From: Mobula hypostoma
Taxonomy: Eukaryota
Length of the DNA: 64,000 bases
Direction of reading: 5' to 3'
Assembly (NCBI RefSeq): GCF_963921235.1
Contig: NC_086098.1
Coordinates: forward strand, 3,968,001 to 4,032,000
The notes under the pieces are model-generated. The model was not told the DNA's origin. It made no database searches and worked only from the letters and a program-made list of their open reading frames with translations. Positions 36,535 through 49,563 of the stretch are shown one piece after another. Positions within the stretch are counted from its first letter, which is position 1. Each line of letters begins with the position of its first letter. A program made the position numbers and the translations under genes.

Positions 36535-37170
36535 TTTATTTATTTACTTGTTTACAGGATGTGGGCATCGCCTGCTAAGCCAGCATTTATTGCCCATCCC
36601 TAGTTGCCCCTGAGAAGGTGATGTTGAGCTGCCTTCTTGAACCGCTGCAGTCCCTGAGGTGTGGGTACACCCACAGTGCTGTTAGGGAGGGAAGTCCAGG
36701 ATTTTGACCCAGCCACAATGGAGGAATGGCAATATGTTTCCAAGTCAGGGTGGTGACTTGGAGGGGGATTTCCAAGTGGTGGTGTTCCCAGGTATCTGCT
36801 GTTGTCGTCCCTCTAGATGGTAGTGGTCATGGGTCTGGAAAGTGCTGCTTTAGGAACTTTGGTGTGTTGTTGCAGTGCATCTTGTAGATAGTACACACTG
36901 CTGCAACTGTTCGTTGATGGTGGAGGGATTGGATGCTTGTGGAAGGGGTACCAGTCAAGTAGGCTGCCCACTGGGGATTCAGTGATGGTGATGCCACTGA
37001 ATGTCAAGGGGATGATGGTTAGAGCCTCTCTTGTTGGAGATGGTCTTTGCCTGGCACTTGCATTGGCTTGAATGTTACTTGCCACTTGTCAGCCCAAGCC
37101 TGGATATTGTCCAGGTCCAGCTGCATTTGGGTATGAACTGCTTCACTTTCTGACGAGTCACGAATGGTGC
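36535..37170 (-). mobile_element. Degenerate CR1/L2-group LINE 3' fragment nested in a SINE
   Basis: QLDLDNIQAWADKWQVTF on the - strand. SINE sequence flanks both sides. Confidence 0.6.
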
Positions 37171-37399
37171 AATCCCCCAATTTTAACCCTAGCCTAATCA
37201 TGGGACAATTTACAATGACTAATTAACCTACCTGGTATGTCTTTAGACTGTGGGAGGAAACTGGAGCACCCGGAGGAAACTCATGCATTGCACAAGGAGA
37301 ACGTACAGATTCTTACGATCAGCTGTGGGAAATGAGCCCAGTTCGCTGTTAATGTAAAGCACTGTGCTAACCACTACACCACCATAATGCCCTATTACT

Positions 37400-38065
37400 G
37401 TAAGTTACAAGAAAAATTCAAATAAGTAACTACTGCAAAGGAGGTACACAGGGGAGAGTTCATGGAGCATTCCAAGATCTGATTGCCTGTGAGTCTTCAT
37501 GCCCCTGTACTTCGTCCCTGATAGTTCTAATGAGTAGAGGGCAAGCCCTGGGTGGTGAGGATCTTTAATAATGGATGCCACCTTCTTGAGACATCGCCAT
37601 TTAAATAATCTGTCAGTGGAGGAGAGGGAGCTGGCTAAGTCTGCAGCTTTCTGCACCTTCAGGAACGCAGTCAACCTGTCAGAACACTCTCCACAGTACA
37701 TCTGTTGAAATTTGCAAGCATCTTTGGTGACATAGCAAATCTTCTCAAATTTGTAATGAAGTGTTGGCACTGTCATGTTGTCTTTGTAATTGCATCGATA
37801 TGTTGGGTCCAGGATAAGTCTTCTGAGATGCTGATGCTCAGGAACTTGATGCCGTTCACCCTTTCCTCTGCTGACCCCTCAGTGAGGACTGGTGGTGTTC
37901 CCCTGGCCTCCCCTTCCTGAAGTTCACATTTAATTCCCTGGTCCTGCTGGCGTTGTGTGTGAGGTTGTTGTTGCAACAGCACTCAACCAGCTGATCTATC
38001 TCACTCCTGTCTGCCTCCTCGCCATCTGAGATTCTGCCAACAGTAGTGATGTCATCAGTGAATGC
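37400..38065 (-). mobile_element. Degenerate Rex/Babar fragment
   Basis: ERVNGIKFLSISISEDLSWTQHIDAI is similar to 3170-3679. Confidence 0.65.
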
Positions 38066-38429
38066 TGTTTAATCAGATCAACGCGATAAATAAAACTAGC
38101 TTTTTTGTGACTAGTTCACCTGGCACCATGTGAATACAGCTGGGGCAGCTTGGCAGCGTAGCGCTTAAGAGTAACGCTTTACAGTTCCAGTGACCCAGGG
38201 TCAGTTCCTGCCACCGTATCTAAGTAGGTTGTATGCTTTCCCCATGACTGCATGGGTCTCCTCCAGGATCTCCTACATTCCAAAGGCCTACCAGTGAGAG
38301 GTAGTGAGCTGTGAGCAATGAGCAAGTTATCTTCATACTGGAAGCATGGTAACTCTTGCAGGCTGCCCACAGGACATCCTCAGATTGTGTTGGTCATTGA
38401 CACAAATTACAGCTTTTACTGGATGTTTC

Positions 38430-38811
38430 AATGGTCATTCTTTCATCATTATAAGAAGCAGGTGATCATGGTCTTGCCATGACTATGATGGTTCTTAAAT
38501 TTTTTGACAAAAGTGGTTTACCGCCTTCTGGGTAGTGTCTTTACAAGACGGGTGGCCCCAGCCATTATCACTGCTCTTCAGAAATTATCTGCCTGGTGTC
38601 AGTGGTTGCATAACCAGGACTGTGATATGCACTTAGGGCTCATACGACCATCCACCACCTGCTCCCATGGCTCCACGTGAGCCTGATTGGGTGGGGGAGG
38701 AGAGGGGGCTAAGCTGGTGCTACATCTTGCCCAAGGGTGACCTGCAGGTTAGCGGAGGGAAGGAGTGCCTTACACCTCCTTTGGTAAAGACGGATCTCCA
38801 CCCCGCCACCC
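38430..38811 (-). mobile_element. RTE-related SINE-like element; partial copy at 44885-45087
   Basis: Two copies in the window. The 3' part resembles RTE ends (AAACCACTT..., (TGA)n tail), and the 5' head is GC-rich and self-complementary. Confidence 0.5.
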
Positions 38812-39229
38812 TATATTTCAAGGTACATGTGACAAGTAAAGCTAATCTTTGTTAGAAATTCCAAAAACTTTTGTTGTCATGACCCCAATATTTTGCACTG
38901 TTTTTCCCAATTTCAAAAAAACCTGCAGTGTAGTGGAAGTTTCAGAGGCTTCCTGTCTTTTTAATAGGCCTGAAGTAACCAGAATTTGTCTTGTCAGATC
39001 TCAGCCATGAAACAGTTCCCATGAAAAGAATCCAGGATCAGCTACATTAGAATTCAGTAAGCTGTCGACTCCTCTCGTTAATAGGTGGTGTGTTACATAT
39101 AGCTGTAGGTTAAACTTGCCTTGTGTCAGATTTTATACTTTGTTTTGCTCTTTCATCTCCCAAGCTGCGATTCTCTGCTGCCATGATATATCGAACACGT
39201 CCAGTTGAGAAATTAATGTTTTCAATTTA

Positions 39230-39625
39230 TGTGACAGGCGATTGCACCTGTTGGCAAATTAATGTTTACTTTATGCACATTCGAGAAGCCACAACGGTAC
39301 TGAACTGACCTTTTCCCATTTCTTTCTAAGCTCGAAAGCTGTTGTACAGTAACAAATATGATAGGCCCACATCACCCTGGGGAAGTCGCCTGATTTGGGG
39401 TGTGTTGGCCTACTTCTGTTACAACTGGCTTCTGTTTTAACTTAAATAAACATTATCCTCAGGAGGCAAAAATGCGCCTGAGTTATTAAAACATAACATT
39501 TGAGGCGCAGAGCTATTTAAAAGGATGCCTTTGTATCTGTCACATCATGGCATTCTCAGAGGCCACATGAACATCTGAATTAATGATAGGGACGACAGCC
39601 AGTGCTAATCCCTTCACACGTTCTA
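39230..39625. promoter_or_regulatory. Unique intronic block, candidate conserved non-coding element
   Basis: Non-repetitive and non-coding, with GCAAATTAAT, TAAACA, TGACAG and TAATCC motifs. Conservation is untested. Confidence 0.35.
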
Positions 39626-39959
39626 AATAGATCAAAATAATAATAATAACTTATTTATAGAGCATTTTTCATACAGACAATGTCGTTCAAAGTGCTTTAC
39701 AATGGGATGAAGTGCAAGAGTAAAAATAAAAAACAAAATAAAAATAAATGAGAAAATAATAGACAAAAAGACGGTAGTTAAAAGCGAGGTCAAATAAATC
39801 GGTGTTGAGCTGCTCTTTAAAAGTTTCAGCCAAGTCTGTATCCTTTATAGTTTCAGGTATAGAGTTCCACAGTTAAGGAGCATTGTTCAAAAAAGCTGAC
39901 CTGTCAACTTAATGCAAGCAAGTGCGAGGATTTGCACTTTGGTAGGACCAGCCTGGGTG

Positions 39960-40550
39960 GGTCTTTATGCTGAGGCTTTATAAGACATTAGTCTGGCCTG
40001 ACTTAGAGTATTGTCAGCAGTTTTGGGCCCCATATCTCAGAAAGGATGTGTTGTCATTGGAGAGTCCAGAAGAGGTTCAGAAGGATGATTCTGGGAATGA
40101 AGGGGTTAATATATGAGGCGTGTTCGGTAGCTTTGGGCCTGTATTTGCTGGAATTTAGAAGAATGTGTGGGGGATCTTATTGAAACCTGCTGAATGTTGA
40201 AAGGACTAGATAAGGTGGATGTGGAGAGGATGATTCCTATGGTGGGGATATCCAGAACTAGAGGGCACAGCCTCAAAATTGAGGGGTGACCTTTTAGAAC
40301 AGAGGTAAGGAAGAATTTTTTTTTTAGCCAGAGAGCAGTGAATCTGTGGAATGCTCTGCGACAGACTGCGGTGGAGGCCAAGTCCGTGGGTATATTTTAG
40401 GTGGAAGTTGATTGTTGCCTGATTGATCAGGGCTTCAAAGGATACGGCGAGAAGGCAGGGTATGGGGTTGAGTGGGATCGGGCATCAGCCATGATGGAAT
40501 GGGGAACAGACTCAATGAGCTGCATAACCTGTGTCTGATGGTGTTATGAT
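39960..40550 (+). mobile_element. CR1 3' fragment
   Basis: Eroded RP.LEYC / GDLIET / RGHSL region followed by a 3' UTR. Confidence 0.7.
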
Positions 40551-41819
40551 CTTACACAGTGGGGCACTGAGGAATGCAGTAGAACAAAAGGATCTGTGAT
40601 ATATTGATCGATAAAACACTAAGAGTTATGCGCACAGAATGCTGGAGGAACTCAGCAGGTCATGCAGCAACAATGGAGAGGAATAAACAGTCCATGTTAC
40701 GGGCCAGACCCTTCAACGGGACTATTTGTCAATAAAGTATTAATGAAAAGGGGGCATGCCTTAGGTGATGGGGGTCTCCAGTGATGAATGCCGCTTTCTC
40801 GAGGCATTACCTTTTAAAGATGTCCTTGATGGTGGGGAAGTTAGTGCCCACGTTGGAGCTGGATGAGCTCAGGACCCACTGCAGCATTTTGTGATCCTCT
40901 GCAGTGGCCCCTCCATACCAAGCGATGACACAGCCAGTCAGAATACTCTCTGAGGTAGGTTTGGAGAAATTTGATAGCCTTTGGTGGCATGCCAAATCTC
41001 TTCAAACTCCTAATGAATTAATTAATGCTTTATCAACGGGGTGCATGGTAGCTTTCGCAATGTTTATGTATTCATTTACCATTGTAACTGACGGTAATTT
41101 TTTCACATCTTGCACTGTACTGCTGCTATGAAACAACAAATATCAATGATAATAAATTTGATTCTGTACTGTATCTGGTTTTGTTTCTTACCTGAACTGG
41201 TTTTACTAGACTGCACATTTAATGCCCACTCAAACTGAGCATAAAGTTCAAACTGAGCATAAAGTTAAATAGTCAAGCAACGCCGTGAAACCGTGATGCA
41301 GAAAAGAGTGTTAATTAATGAAGTTACAATGAAGTCTTTATGGTCTTCTGGTCTTGAGATCTTATGGTCTGTTTAAAGCTCAGACAGTTTTAGGTGGCGT
41401 GAATTGTGCTTGTTTGATCTGGCTTGGGCCAGCAATTTCAAGTTCAAGTTCAAGTTTATTGTCATCTGACTGTACATATATACAACCAAATGAAACAATG
41501 CTCCTCCAGACCATGGTGCGCCCACAAAACATATATCATGTGTAGCACACATAAAACAAAATGTTAACTCAAATAAGTTGATAAAATATAATTCAAAATG
41601 CATGTAGTGTGCAGCACAGATAATCGGTAAACAGCTCACTGACTTAATGTCGAGACCTTAGTGATGGCTGGGCATTCATTAGTCTCACAGCTTGTGGAAA
41701 GAAGCTGTTTCCCAGTCTGGCAGTCCTAGTCCTGATGGTAGTGGGTCAAAGAGATTATGTGATGAGTGGTAGGGATCCTGAACAATGCTTTGGGCCCTTC
41801 GTATACAAGATTCCTGGTA

Positions 41820-41971
41820 CAGTCGACCTTCACTAATCTGACTACCTGTAATCCGGTTCCTTCAATAATCTGGCACTGATTATGCTTAATGTGATCCTTC
41901 TGTAATTCGGCATTTTCACTAATCCGGCACTATCAGGTCCCAATGGTGCCGGATTAGTGAAGGTCGACCTG
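41820..41971. mobile_element. 152-bp Tc1/mariner (pogo/Tigger-like) MITE
   Basis: TIRs CAGTCGACCTTCACTAATC ... GATTAGTGAAGGTCGACCTG (1-nt indel), TA on both sides, internal TAATCCGG repeats. It sits inside a Rex-like fragment. Confidence 0.85.
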
Positions 41972-43088
41972 TAAATGTCACAAAGAGTGGGTATACACAA
42001 TGTCACGGATTTGCATTGGCATCTATATCACATAAACTTATTTCAAAACACTTGGGGGAGAGAGAAATAAATTTTTGTCATATCTTAGTCAGTGAGCCTT
42101 AACCTAATGTCCATAAGTTTTCGGTGGTAGATTTGGCCATGTTGATTTTCTGTTCTGATGTTGCTTTTATCATTCAGTCTTCAGGGTCTTGTGTCTTGCT
42201 GTACTGAACTTTATAATTAATGATGTGATAAAGTCTCAGTTTCTTTAAAAATAAAAGAAGTTAAAATGAGTTCCTCCAGCACCTGGTGTGTGTTGTTTAA
42301 TGTTCCCTCTATTCTTTCTCAACAGTGCAGCACTTTAAATATTTTTTGTAATATGCAAACTATGAACAAATAGAATGAAAATTTAAACATCACATACTTC
42401 TAATTTCATTTTTTTAATTGAAGGGAATAATGAAATACAGAACAAAGAAAATCTTTAATGTTTCATAAACTTTTTCTAGCTGCGTAGGAACAACGGCTAT
42501 GTATGCAGGAGCATTGCAGTTACCGCATAGCCGTGCACCCTCGCAGCTTAGAGGGAACAGTGAGTGTAACATACGCTGCAACACAGATAAAAGAACACAG
42601 TCATGACCTTGAGCTGGATGCAGTGGGATTCACAGTTAATTAAATGTTTTTTTTGAACTGGAGATATACCAGCAAATTTCCCATGCAGCCACATCCAAAA
42701 AAAATCAAAACATGCACCTGGTCATATATTTTAATAACACTGCTATAAGAATCACTCGCAGCTAAGACACTGGAAGAACTTTTCTTAAAACCACGTCATA
42801 AGATCTGGTCCATCCATCTGTACAGGCAGATGGAGACAATTTTAAACTCAAGATTTTGTAAATGCTGGAAATCCAGAGCAACACAGACAAAATGCTGGGG
42901 GAACTCAGCAGGTCAAGCAGCATCTATGGAGAGGAATAAAGAGTCAATATTTTGGAATGAAGGGTCTCAGAAATACATTTAGAAGCATTTTGAAGGAATT
43001 TCATTCAGTGGGATAAGAAAATAATTGCCCTTTAAAAAACATTCATTCTTTTATAATTATTCTTTGTCAATTCTATTTTTCTCTTTAG

Positions 43089-43185
43089 TGAAGAAGTTGG
43101 CCGCTGAGGTCATGAAATGTGTAATTGAAAATTGTCAGTCGCTAACTCCATGTCAAGCTTGCCCACACTTGTCCTCTGTTCTAAG
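43089..43185 (+). CDS. MMS22L: MMS22L internal coding exon (97 nt, phase 1 to 2), absent from the ORF track
   Basis: Acceptor ttttctctttag, donor gtaggt. Encodes VKKLAAEVMKCVIENCQSLTPCQACPHLSSVLR, and its phases bridge the two neighbouring exons exactly. Confidence 0.9.
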
Positions 43186-45565
43186 GTAGGTACTGTTTGA
43201 ATGTCCTTCCCTTCCTTGATCAAATACTGCACTATAATTTCGTGTATTTGTAACTAGTCTTCTTTGCCGGTACCTCCTGCGATCTCATTATCGTGAAAGC
43301 TGAAGATAAAACCAGTAACCTCCTTTATGATGTCAAGAGGATATTGTGTTGTACATGCATACACCTATAAGGGGATTGAAAATCATTTAATGGGGTAAAT
43401 ATGATACTGATTTACTTTGGAACATCAAATTTGAAGGCAGAATTCAGGATTAATGGCAGGATTCTTGGTAGTGTGGAGGAACAGAGAGACCTCAGTGTTG
43501 AGTAGGCCAAGTCATTGGGAACAACTCTTTGGATCCTGGTTACTAAGAGAAAGCAGGAGAATGGGATTGAAACGGTTAATAAATGATAGCACGATGGAGC
43601 AGATGTAATGGGCCAAGTGGCCTAATTCTGCTCGTATGTTTTATGGTCTAAAACTCTATGCACAACTGCTGCTAAACTGGCTAGTTTGTCGCTACCAGAA
43701 ATCCTAACACTCCCACCTACCCACCTGAACAACCCTCAGCCACCTCCTCCCCAAACCCAAGGTAGATGGAACAATTCCGACACGACCTTCCACTATCACA
43801 CTTTCCTTTAATATTTTAGGATTCAAACCACCATAACCAGGTGTATAGTCCACAATGAGCCTTTCCAGTATCATCTGATTATCAATTTTACACCCCCCCC
43901 AACCATTACCTCTACTATTTTCTCAGACTTCAAGTTCAATTTATTTTTGTACACACATACAAACGAAACAATGTTCCTCTGCACCAAAGTACAGAACACG
44001 GTACATATAACTCACATACCACTCATAAATTAACAAATAATAGGCATATTTACAAAACAAGTTAAAAATAAACAGTATAACAACGTATGTGATGAGACGG
44101 TTTGAAGAGATTCATATGTGGTGGCAGGGAATTCAGTACTCTTATGACCTCAGGAGAAGAAGCTGTTTCCCATCCCAGCAGTACTTGTCCTAATGCTATG
44201 GTACCTCCTGCCTGATGGGAGGGTTAAAGGGATTGTTGGATGAGTGGGTGGCATCATTGACAATGCTGAGAGCCCTGTGTACGCGGCATTCCTGATAAAC
44301 ATCTCTAATGGGTGGAAGGGAAGCCCGAATGATCCTCTCAACAGTCCTTGCAATTCTTTGTAGGAACTTGCGGTCAGATGCCTTGTAATTCCTGTACCTG
44401 ATGGCAATGTCGTTTGCTGGTATGAGTTTGTCTTGCTGCCTTCAATTGCATTGACTAAGGAAGCCTCTTTAAAAGCTGACAACCTCTCCCATGCAGTCAG
44501 TATAAAGGCAATCTCTAGGTGACTCAGTGGAACTGTGCTACCTATGTTTGAAATGAGATCAACATACAGCACAGCACAGGCCCTTCAGCCCATATTACTG
44601 TGCCAACTTTTTAATCTACTAAGATCAATCTAACCCTTCCCTCCATTTTTTCTCACATGTGCATATCGAAGAGTCTCTTAAATGTCCCTAATATATCTGC
44701 TTCTACTATACCAACACCCTTGGCAGTGCATTCCACGCACCCACCACTCTCTGCAAAAAATCCTACCCCTTATACTTTCCTCCAATTACCTTAACATTAT
44801 GCCCCCTTGTATTAGGTATTTCTACCCTGGGAAAAAGTCTCTGGCTTTTGATAAAAACTTGTATGGTTTTAATACCTACTTCCAACACATCATCATCATC
44901 ATTGTTTGCCTTGTAGTATGGCGTGTGCAATCAAGGTCCTTGACATTTATCACTACTCTTCAGAGACTGTCTGCCTGGCATCAGTGGTCACATAACCAGA
45001 ACGTGGATATGCATCAGCTGCTCATACAACCATCCACCACCCTTGGAGAGAATGAGTGCTATGGTAGAAACGCATCTCCACCCCCGTCAAAATATTTATT
45101 TCAAAAATAAATCACTTTTTTAATTAAAAACATTTTCTAAGTAGTGTCTGTTTGTGACTTCTTAAACTTACAAGGAATCACTTTGTTTAAGTTCACAATA
45201 GTTATTTCATTGTAATTTCCACAAGAACGCTGAATGAAAAGTGAAAATATCATACTAACTGATAACACAACCTATGGACTCACTTTCAAGGACCCTTCAT
45301 CTCGTGTTCTTGATATTTGTTGTTTGTTTTTCTTTCTTTTTATATTTGCGCAGTTTGTTGTCTTTTGCACATTTGTTGTTCATCTGTCTTTTTGTGTGGG
45401 ATCTTTTATTGATTCTATTGTGGTTCTTGTATTTACTGAAAGTGCCCGCAAGAAAGGGAATTTCAGCGTTGTATATGGGACAAATGTGATAATAAATTTG
45501 TTTTGAATTTTAAACTTCTATTTGCTGTTCTGAAATTACGACTGTATGAATGGAACTTTCTCCAG

Positions 45566-45733
45566 GCAATTCATTCAGCAGAATTTTGGGATCTACGACC
45601 ACCAGGTCTTCAATATCCTAGAAATGGTAGTTGTGCTGAATCAAGATTTGGTTGTCGGTCTCATTCCCACACTAAGTCAAACTCTGAAGGACACGGAACA
45701 TAAGCAAGGACTGGGAAGAAACAGTTTGCAAAG
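45566..45733 (+). CDS. MMS22L: MMS22L penultimate coding exon (168 nt, phase 2 to 2)
   Basis: Acceptor ctttctccag, donor gtaggt. Encodes QFIQQNFGIYDHQVFNILEMVVVLNQDLVVGLIPTLSQTLKDTEHKQGLGRNSLQR. Confidence 0.95.
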
Positions 45734-45804
45734 GTAGGTCTTGTTCTCAGAATGCTATCATTTCAGGAGAGTTGTTTCTCAGTTTATCCCAAGTGTTGCA
45801 AGAT

Positions 45805-47585
45805 ACATAGAAACATAGAAAATAGGTGCAGGAGTAGGCCATTCGGCCCTTCGAGCCTGCACCGCCATTTATTATGATCATGGCTGATCATCCAACTCAG
45901 AACCCCGCCCCAGCCTTCCCTCCATACCCCCTGACCCCTGTAGCCACAAGGGCCATATCTAACTCCCTCTTAAACATAGCCAATGAACTGGCCTCAACAG
46001 TTTGCTGTGGCAGAGAATTCCACAGATTCACCACTCTCTGTGTGAAGAAGTTTTTCCTAATCTCGGTCCTAAAAGGCTTCCCCTCTATCCTCAAACTGTG
46101 ACCCCTCGTTCTGGACCTCCCCAACATCGGGAACAATCTTCCTGCATCTAGCCTGTCCAATCCCTTTAGGATCTTATACGTTTCAATCAGATCCCCCCCC
46201 TCAATCTTCTAAATTCCAACGAGTACAAGCCCAGTTCATCCAGTCTTTCTTCATATGAAAGTCCTGCCATCCCAGGAATCAATCTGGTGAACCTTCTTTG
46301 TACTCCCTCTATGGCAAAGATGTCTTTCCTCAGATTAGGGGACCAAAACTGCACACAATACTCCAGGTGTGGTCTCACCAAGGCCTTGTACAACTGCAGT
46401 AGTACCTCCCTGCTCCTGTACTCGAATCCTCTCGCTATAAATGCCAGCATACCATTTGCCTTTTTCACCGCCTGCTGTACCTGCATGCCCACTTTCAATG
46501 ACTGGTGTATAATGACACCCAGGTCTCGTTGCACCTCCCCTTTTCCTAATCGGCCACCATTCAGATAATAATCTGTTTTCCTATTTTTGCCACCAAAGTG
46601 GATAACTTCACATTTATCCACATTAAATTGCATCTGCCATGAGTTTGCCCACTCACCCAACCTATCCAAGTCACCCTGCATCCTCTTAGCATCCTCCTCA
46701 CCGCTAACACTGCCGCCCAGCTTCGTGTCATCCGCAAACTTGGAGATGCTGCATTTAATTTCCTCATCCAAGTCATTAATATATATTGTAAACAACTGGG
46801 GTCCCAGCACTGAGCCTTGCGGTACCCCACTAGTCACCGCCTGCCATTCTGAAAAGGTCCCGTTTATTCCCACTCTTTGCTTCCTGTCTGCTAACCAATT
46901 CTCCACCCACACCAATACCTTACCCCCAATACCGTGTGCTTTAAGTTTGCACACTAATCTCCTGTGTGGGACCTTGTCAAAAGCCTTTTGAAAATCCAAA
47001 TATACCACATCCACTGGTTCTCCCCTATCCACTCTACTAGTTACATCCTCAAAAAATTCTATGAGATTCGTCAGGCATGATTTTCCTTTCACAAATCCAT
47101 GCTGACTTTGTCCGATCATTTCTCCGCTTTCCAAATGTGCTGTTATCACATCCTTGATAACTGACTCCAGCAGTTTCCCCACCACCGACGTTAGGCTAAC
47201 CGGTCTATAATTCCCCGGTTTCTCTCTCCCTCCTTTTTTAAAAATTGGGGTTACATTAGCCACCCTCCAATCCTCAGGAACTAGTCCAGAATCTAACGAG
47301 TTTTGAAAAATTATCACTAATGCATCCACTATTTCTTGGGCTACTTCCTTAAGCACTCTAGGATGCAGACCATCTGGCCCTGGGGATTTATCTGCCTTCA
47401 ATCCCTTCAATTTACCTAACACCACTTCCCTACTAACATGTATTTCACTCAGTTCCTCCATCTCACTGGACCCTCTGTCCCTTACTATTTCTGGAAGATT
47501 ATTTATGTCCTCCTTAGTGAAGACAGAACCAAAGTAATTATTCAATTGGTCTGCCATGTCCTTGCCCCCCATAATCAATTCACCT
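45805..47585 (-). mobile_element. Young 5'-truncated CR1 LINE
   Basis: A 463-aa uninterrupted RT ORF nearly identical to the copy at 57958-60038. Intact 3' UTR and tail. Starts about 72 bp after an exon donor. Confidence 0.93.
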
Positions 47586-48154
47586 TTACAGGAACAACAG
47601 TTACTCTGGTCTGCACTCCAAGGTTCCAGAGTAGATGGCCAAAAGCTATCTGCATTGAAGGATAATTTACTCCAGCCATGTTGTTTTATTTAGAGATACA
47701 GCACAGTAAGAGGCCCTTCCATCCCAATAAGCCCACAGCACTCGATTACACTCGATTAATTGTGTCCAATTAACCTACTCACCCGTATGTCTTTGGAAAG
47801 TGGAAGGAAAGCCATACTGTCACAGGGAGAATGTACAGACTCTTTAAGCACAGCAGCGGGAATTTATCTGGGTCACTGGCACAGCCTAAGCATTGGAGGA
47901 CATCCATTTAGAACAGATGAGGAGGAACTGCTTTAGCCAGTGGGTAGTGAATCTGTGGAAGTCATTGCCACAGACAGTTGTGCAGGTCAAATAACTGGGT
48001 ATATTTAAAGTAGAAGTTGATAGGTTCTTGATTAGTAAGGGCTTCCAAGTCTATGGGGAGAAGGCAGAAGCATCAGGTTGAAAAGGATAATAAATCAACC
48101 ATGGAATTTTGGAGCAGACTTGATGGGCCAAATGGCCTAATTCTGCTTAAGACC

Positions 48155-49062
48155 GTATAGAAACATAGAAATCCTACAGCACAATACAGGCTTTTCGGCC
48201 TACAATGTTGTGCCAAACATGTACTTACTTTAGAAATTACCTAGGGTTACCCAAAGCCCTCTTAATTTTTTCTAAGCTCCATGTTCCTATTCAAAAGTCT
48301 CTTAAAAGACCCTGTTGTATCCGCCTCCACCACAGTCACCAGCAGCCCATTCCACGCACTCACCACTTTCTGCGTAAAAAAACTTACCCCTGATATCTCC
48401 TCTGTACCTGCTTCCAAGCACCTTAAAACTGTCCCCTCTCATATTAGCCATTTCAGCCCTGGGAAAAAAAACCTCTGACTACCCACACGATCAATGCCTT
48501 TCATCATCTTATTCACCTCTATCAGGTCACTTCTCATCCTCCGTCACTCCAAGGAGAAAAGGCCAAGTTCACTCAACCTATTCTCATAAGGCATGCTCCC
48601 CAATCCAGGCAACATCCTTGTAAATTTCCTCTGCACCCTTTCTATGGTTTCCACATCCTTCCTGTGGTGAGGTGACCAGAAATGAGCACCGTACTCCAAG
48701 TGGGGTCTGACCAGGGTCCTATATAGCTGTAACATTACCTCTCAGCTCTTGAACTCAGTCCCACAGTTGATGAAGGCCAATGCACCGTATGCCTTCTTAA
48801 CCGCAGAGTCAACCTGCATAGCAGCTTTGGGTGTCCTATGGACTCAGACCTCAAGATCCCTCTGATCCTCCACACTTACCATTAATGCTATATTCTGCCA
48901 TCATATTTAACCTACCAAAATGAACCACCTCACACTTATCTGGGTTGAACTCCATCTGCCACTTCTCAGCCCAGTTTTGCATCCTATCAATGTCCCACTG
49001 TAACCTCTGACTGCCCTCCACACCGTCCACAACATTCCCAACCTTTGTGTGATCAGCAAATT
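48155..49062 (-). mobile_element. CR1 3' fragment, same family as 23806-28290
   Basis: MLQLYRTLVRPHLEY...LGLFSLE followed by the family tail. Confidence 0.8.
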
Positions 49063-49174
49063 TACAATCCCTAAATGATAAAGTGGAGTTGGAACCCGAA
49101 ATCTTGAGTACAAAAGCTTGTAGTAATTAAATCTAATATATTGCCTGTTTAAAAAAAAAACTGAACTGTACCAT

Positions 49175-49404
49175 GCAACACATACAAAATGCTGGAGGAA
49201 CTCAGCAGGCCAGGCAGCATCTGTAGAAAAAAGTACAGGCAACGTTTCGAGCCGAGACCCTTCGCCACTCCAGCCGAATCGTCTCAGCCCGAAAGTCAAC
49301 TGTACTTTTTTCCCCCCAATCGATGCTGCCTGGCCGATTGAGCTCTTCCAGCATTTTATGAGAGTTGCTTGGATTTCCAGCATCTGCAGATTTTCTCTTG
49401 TTTG
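49175..49404. mobile_element. Non-autonomous palindromic Penelope-end element
   Basis: Inverted arms match 2745-2865. Flanked by a 13-bp duplication TGAACT(G/A)TACCAT at 49162-49174 / 49405-49417. Confidence 0.82.
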
Positions 49405-49563
49405 TGAACTATACCATTGCAGTCAGATGTTATAAGCATTCTGTTTGAAAAAATGTATCAACCCACAGAATGCTGAAGGAGCTCAGCAGATTAGGGAGTA
49501 TGTATGGAGGTGAATAAACAGTTCGATGTTCTGGGTCAGGGACCTTTGCGTTTATGAAAAATA

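Noticed and set aside
42298..42562. hAT-like MITE (TGTTCCCTCTA ... TAGAGGGAACA)
   Set aside because: The inverted ends are short, the left end is eroded and no 8-bp duplication is evident, so it is too weak to list.
46193..46200. Meaningful frameshift in the young CR1
   Set aside because: This is a C8 run where sister copies have C6, so slippage or a homopolymer sequencing error is likely. The copy is 5'-truncated anyway.
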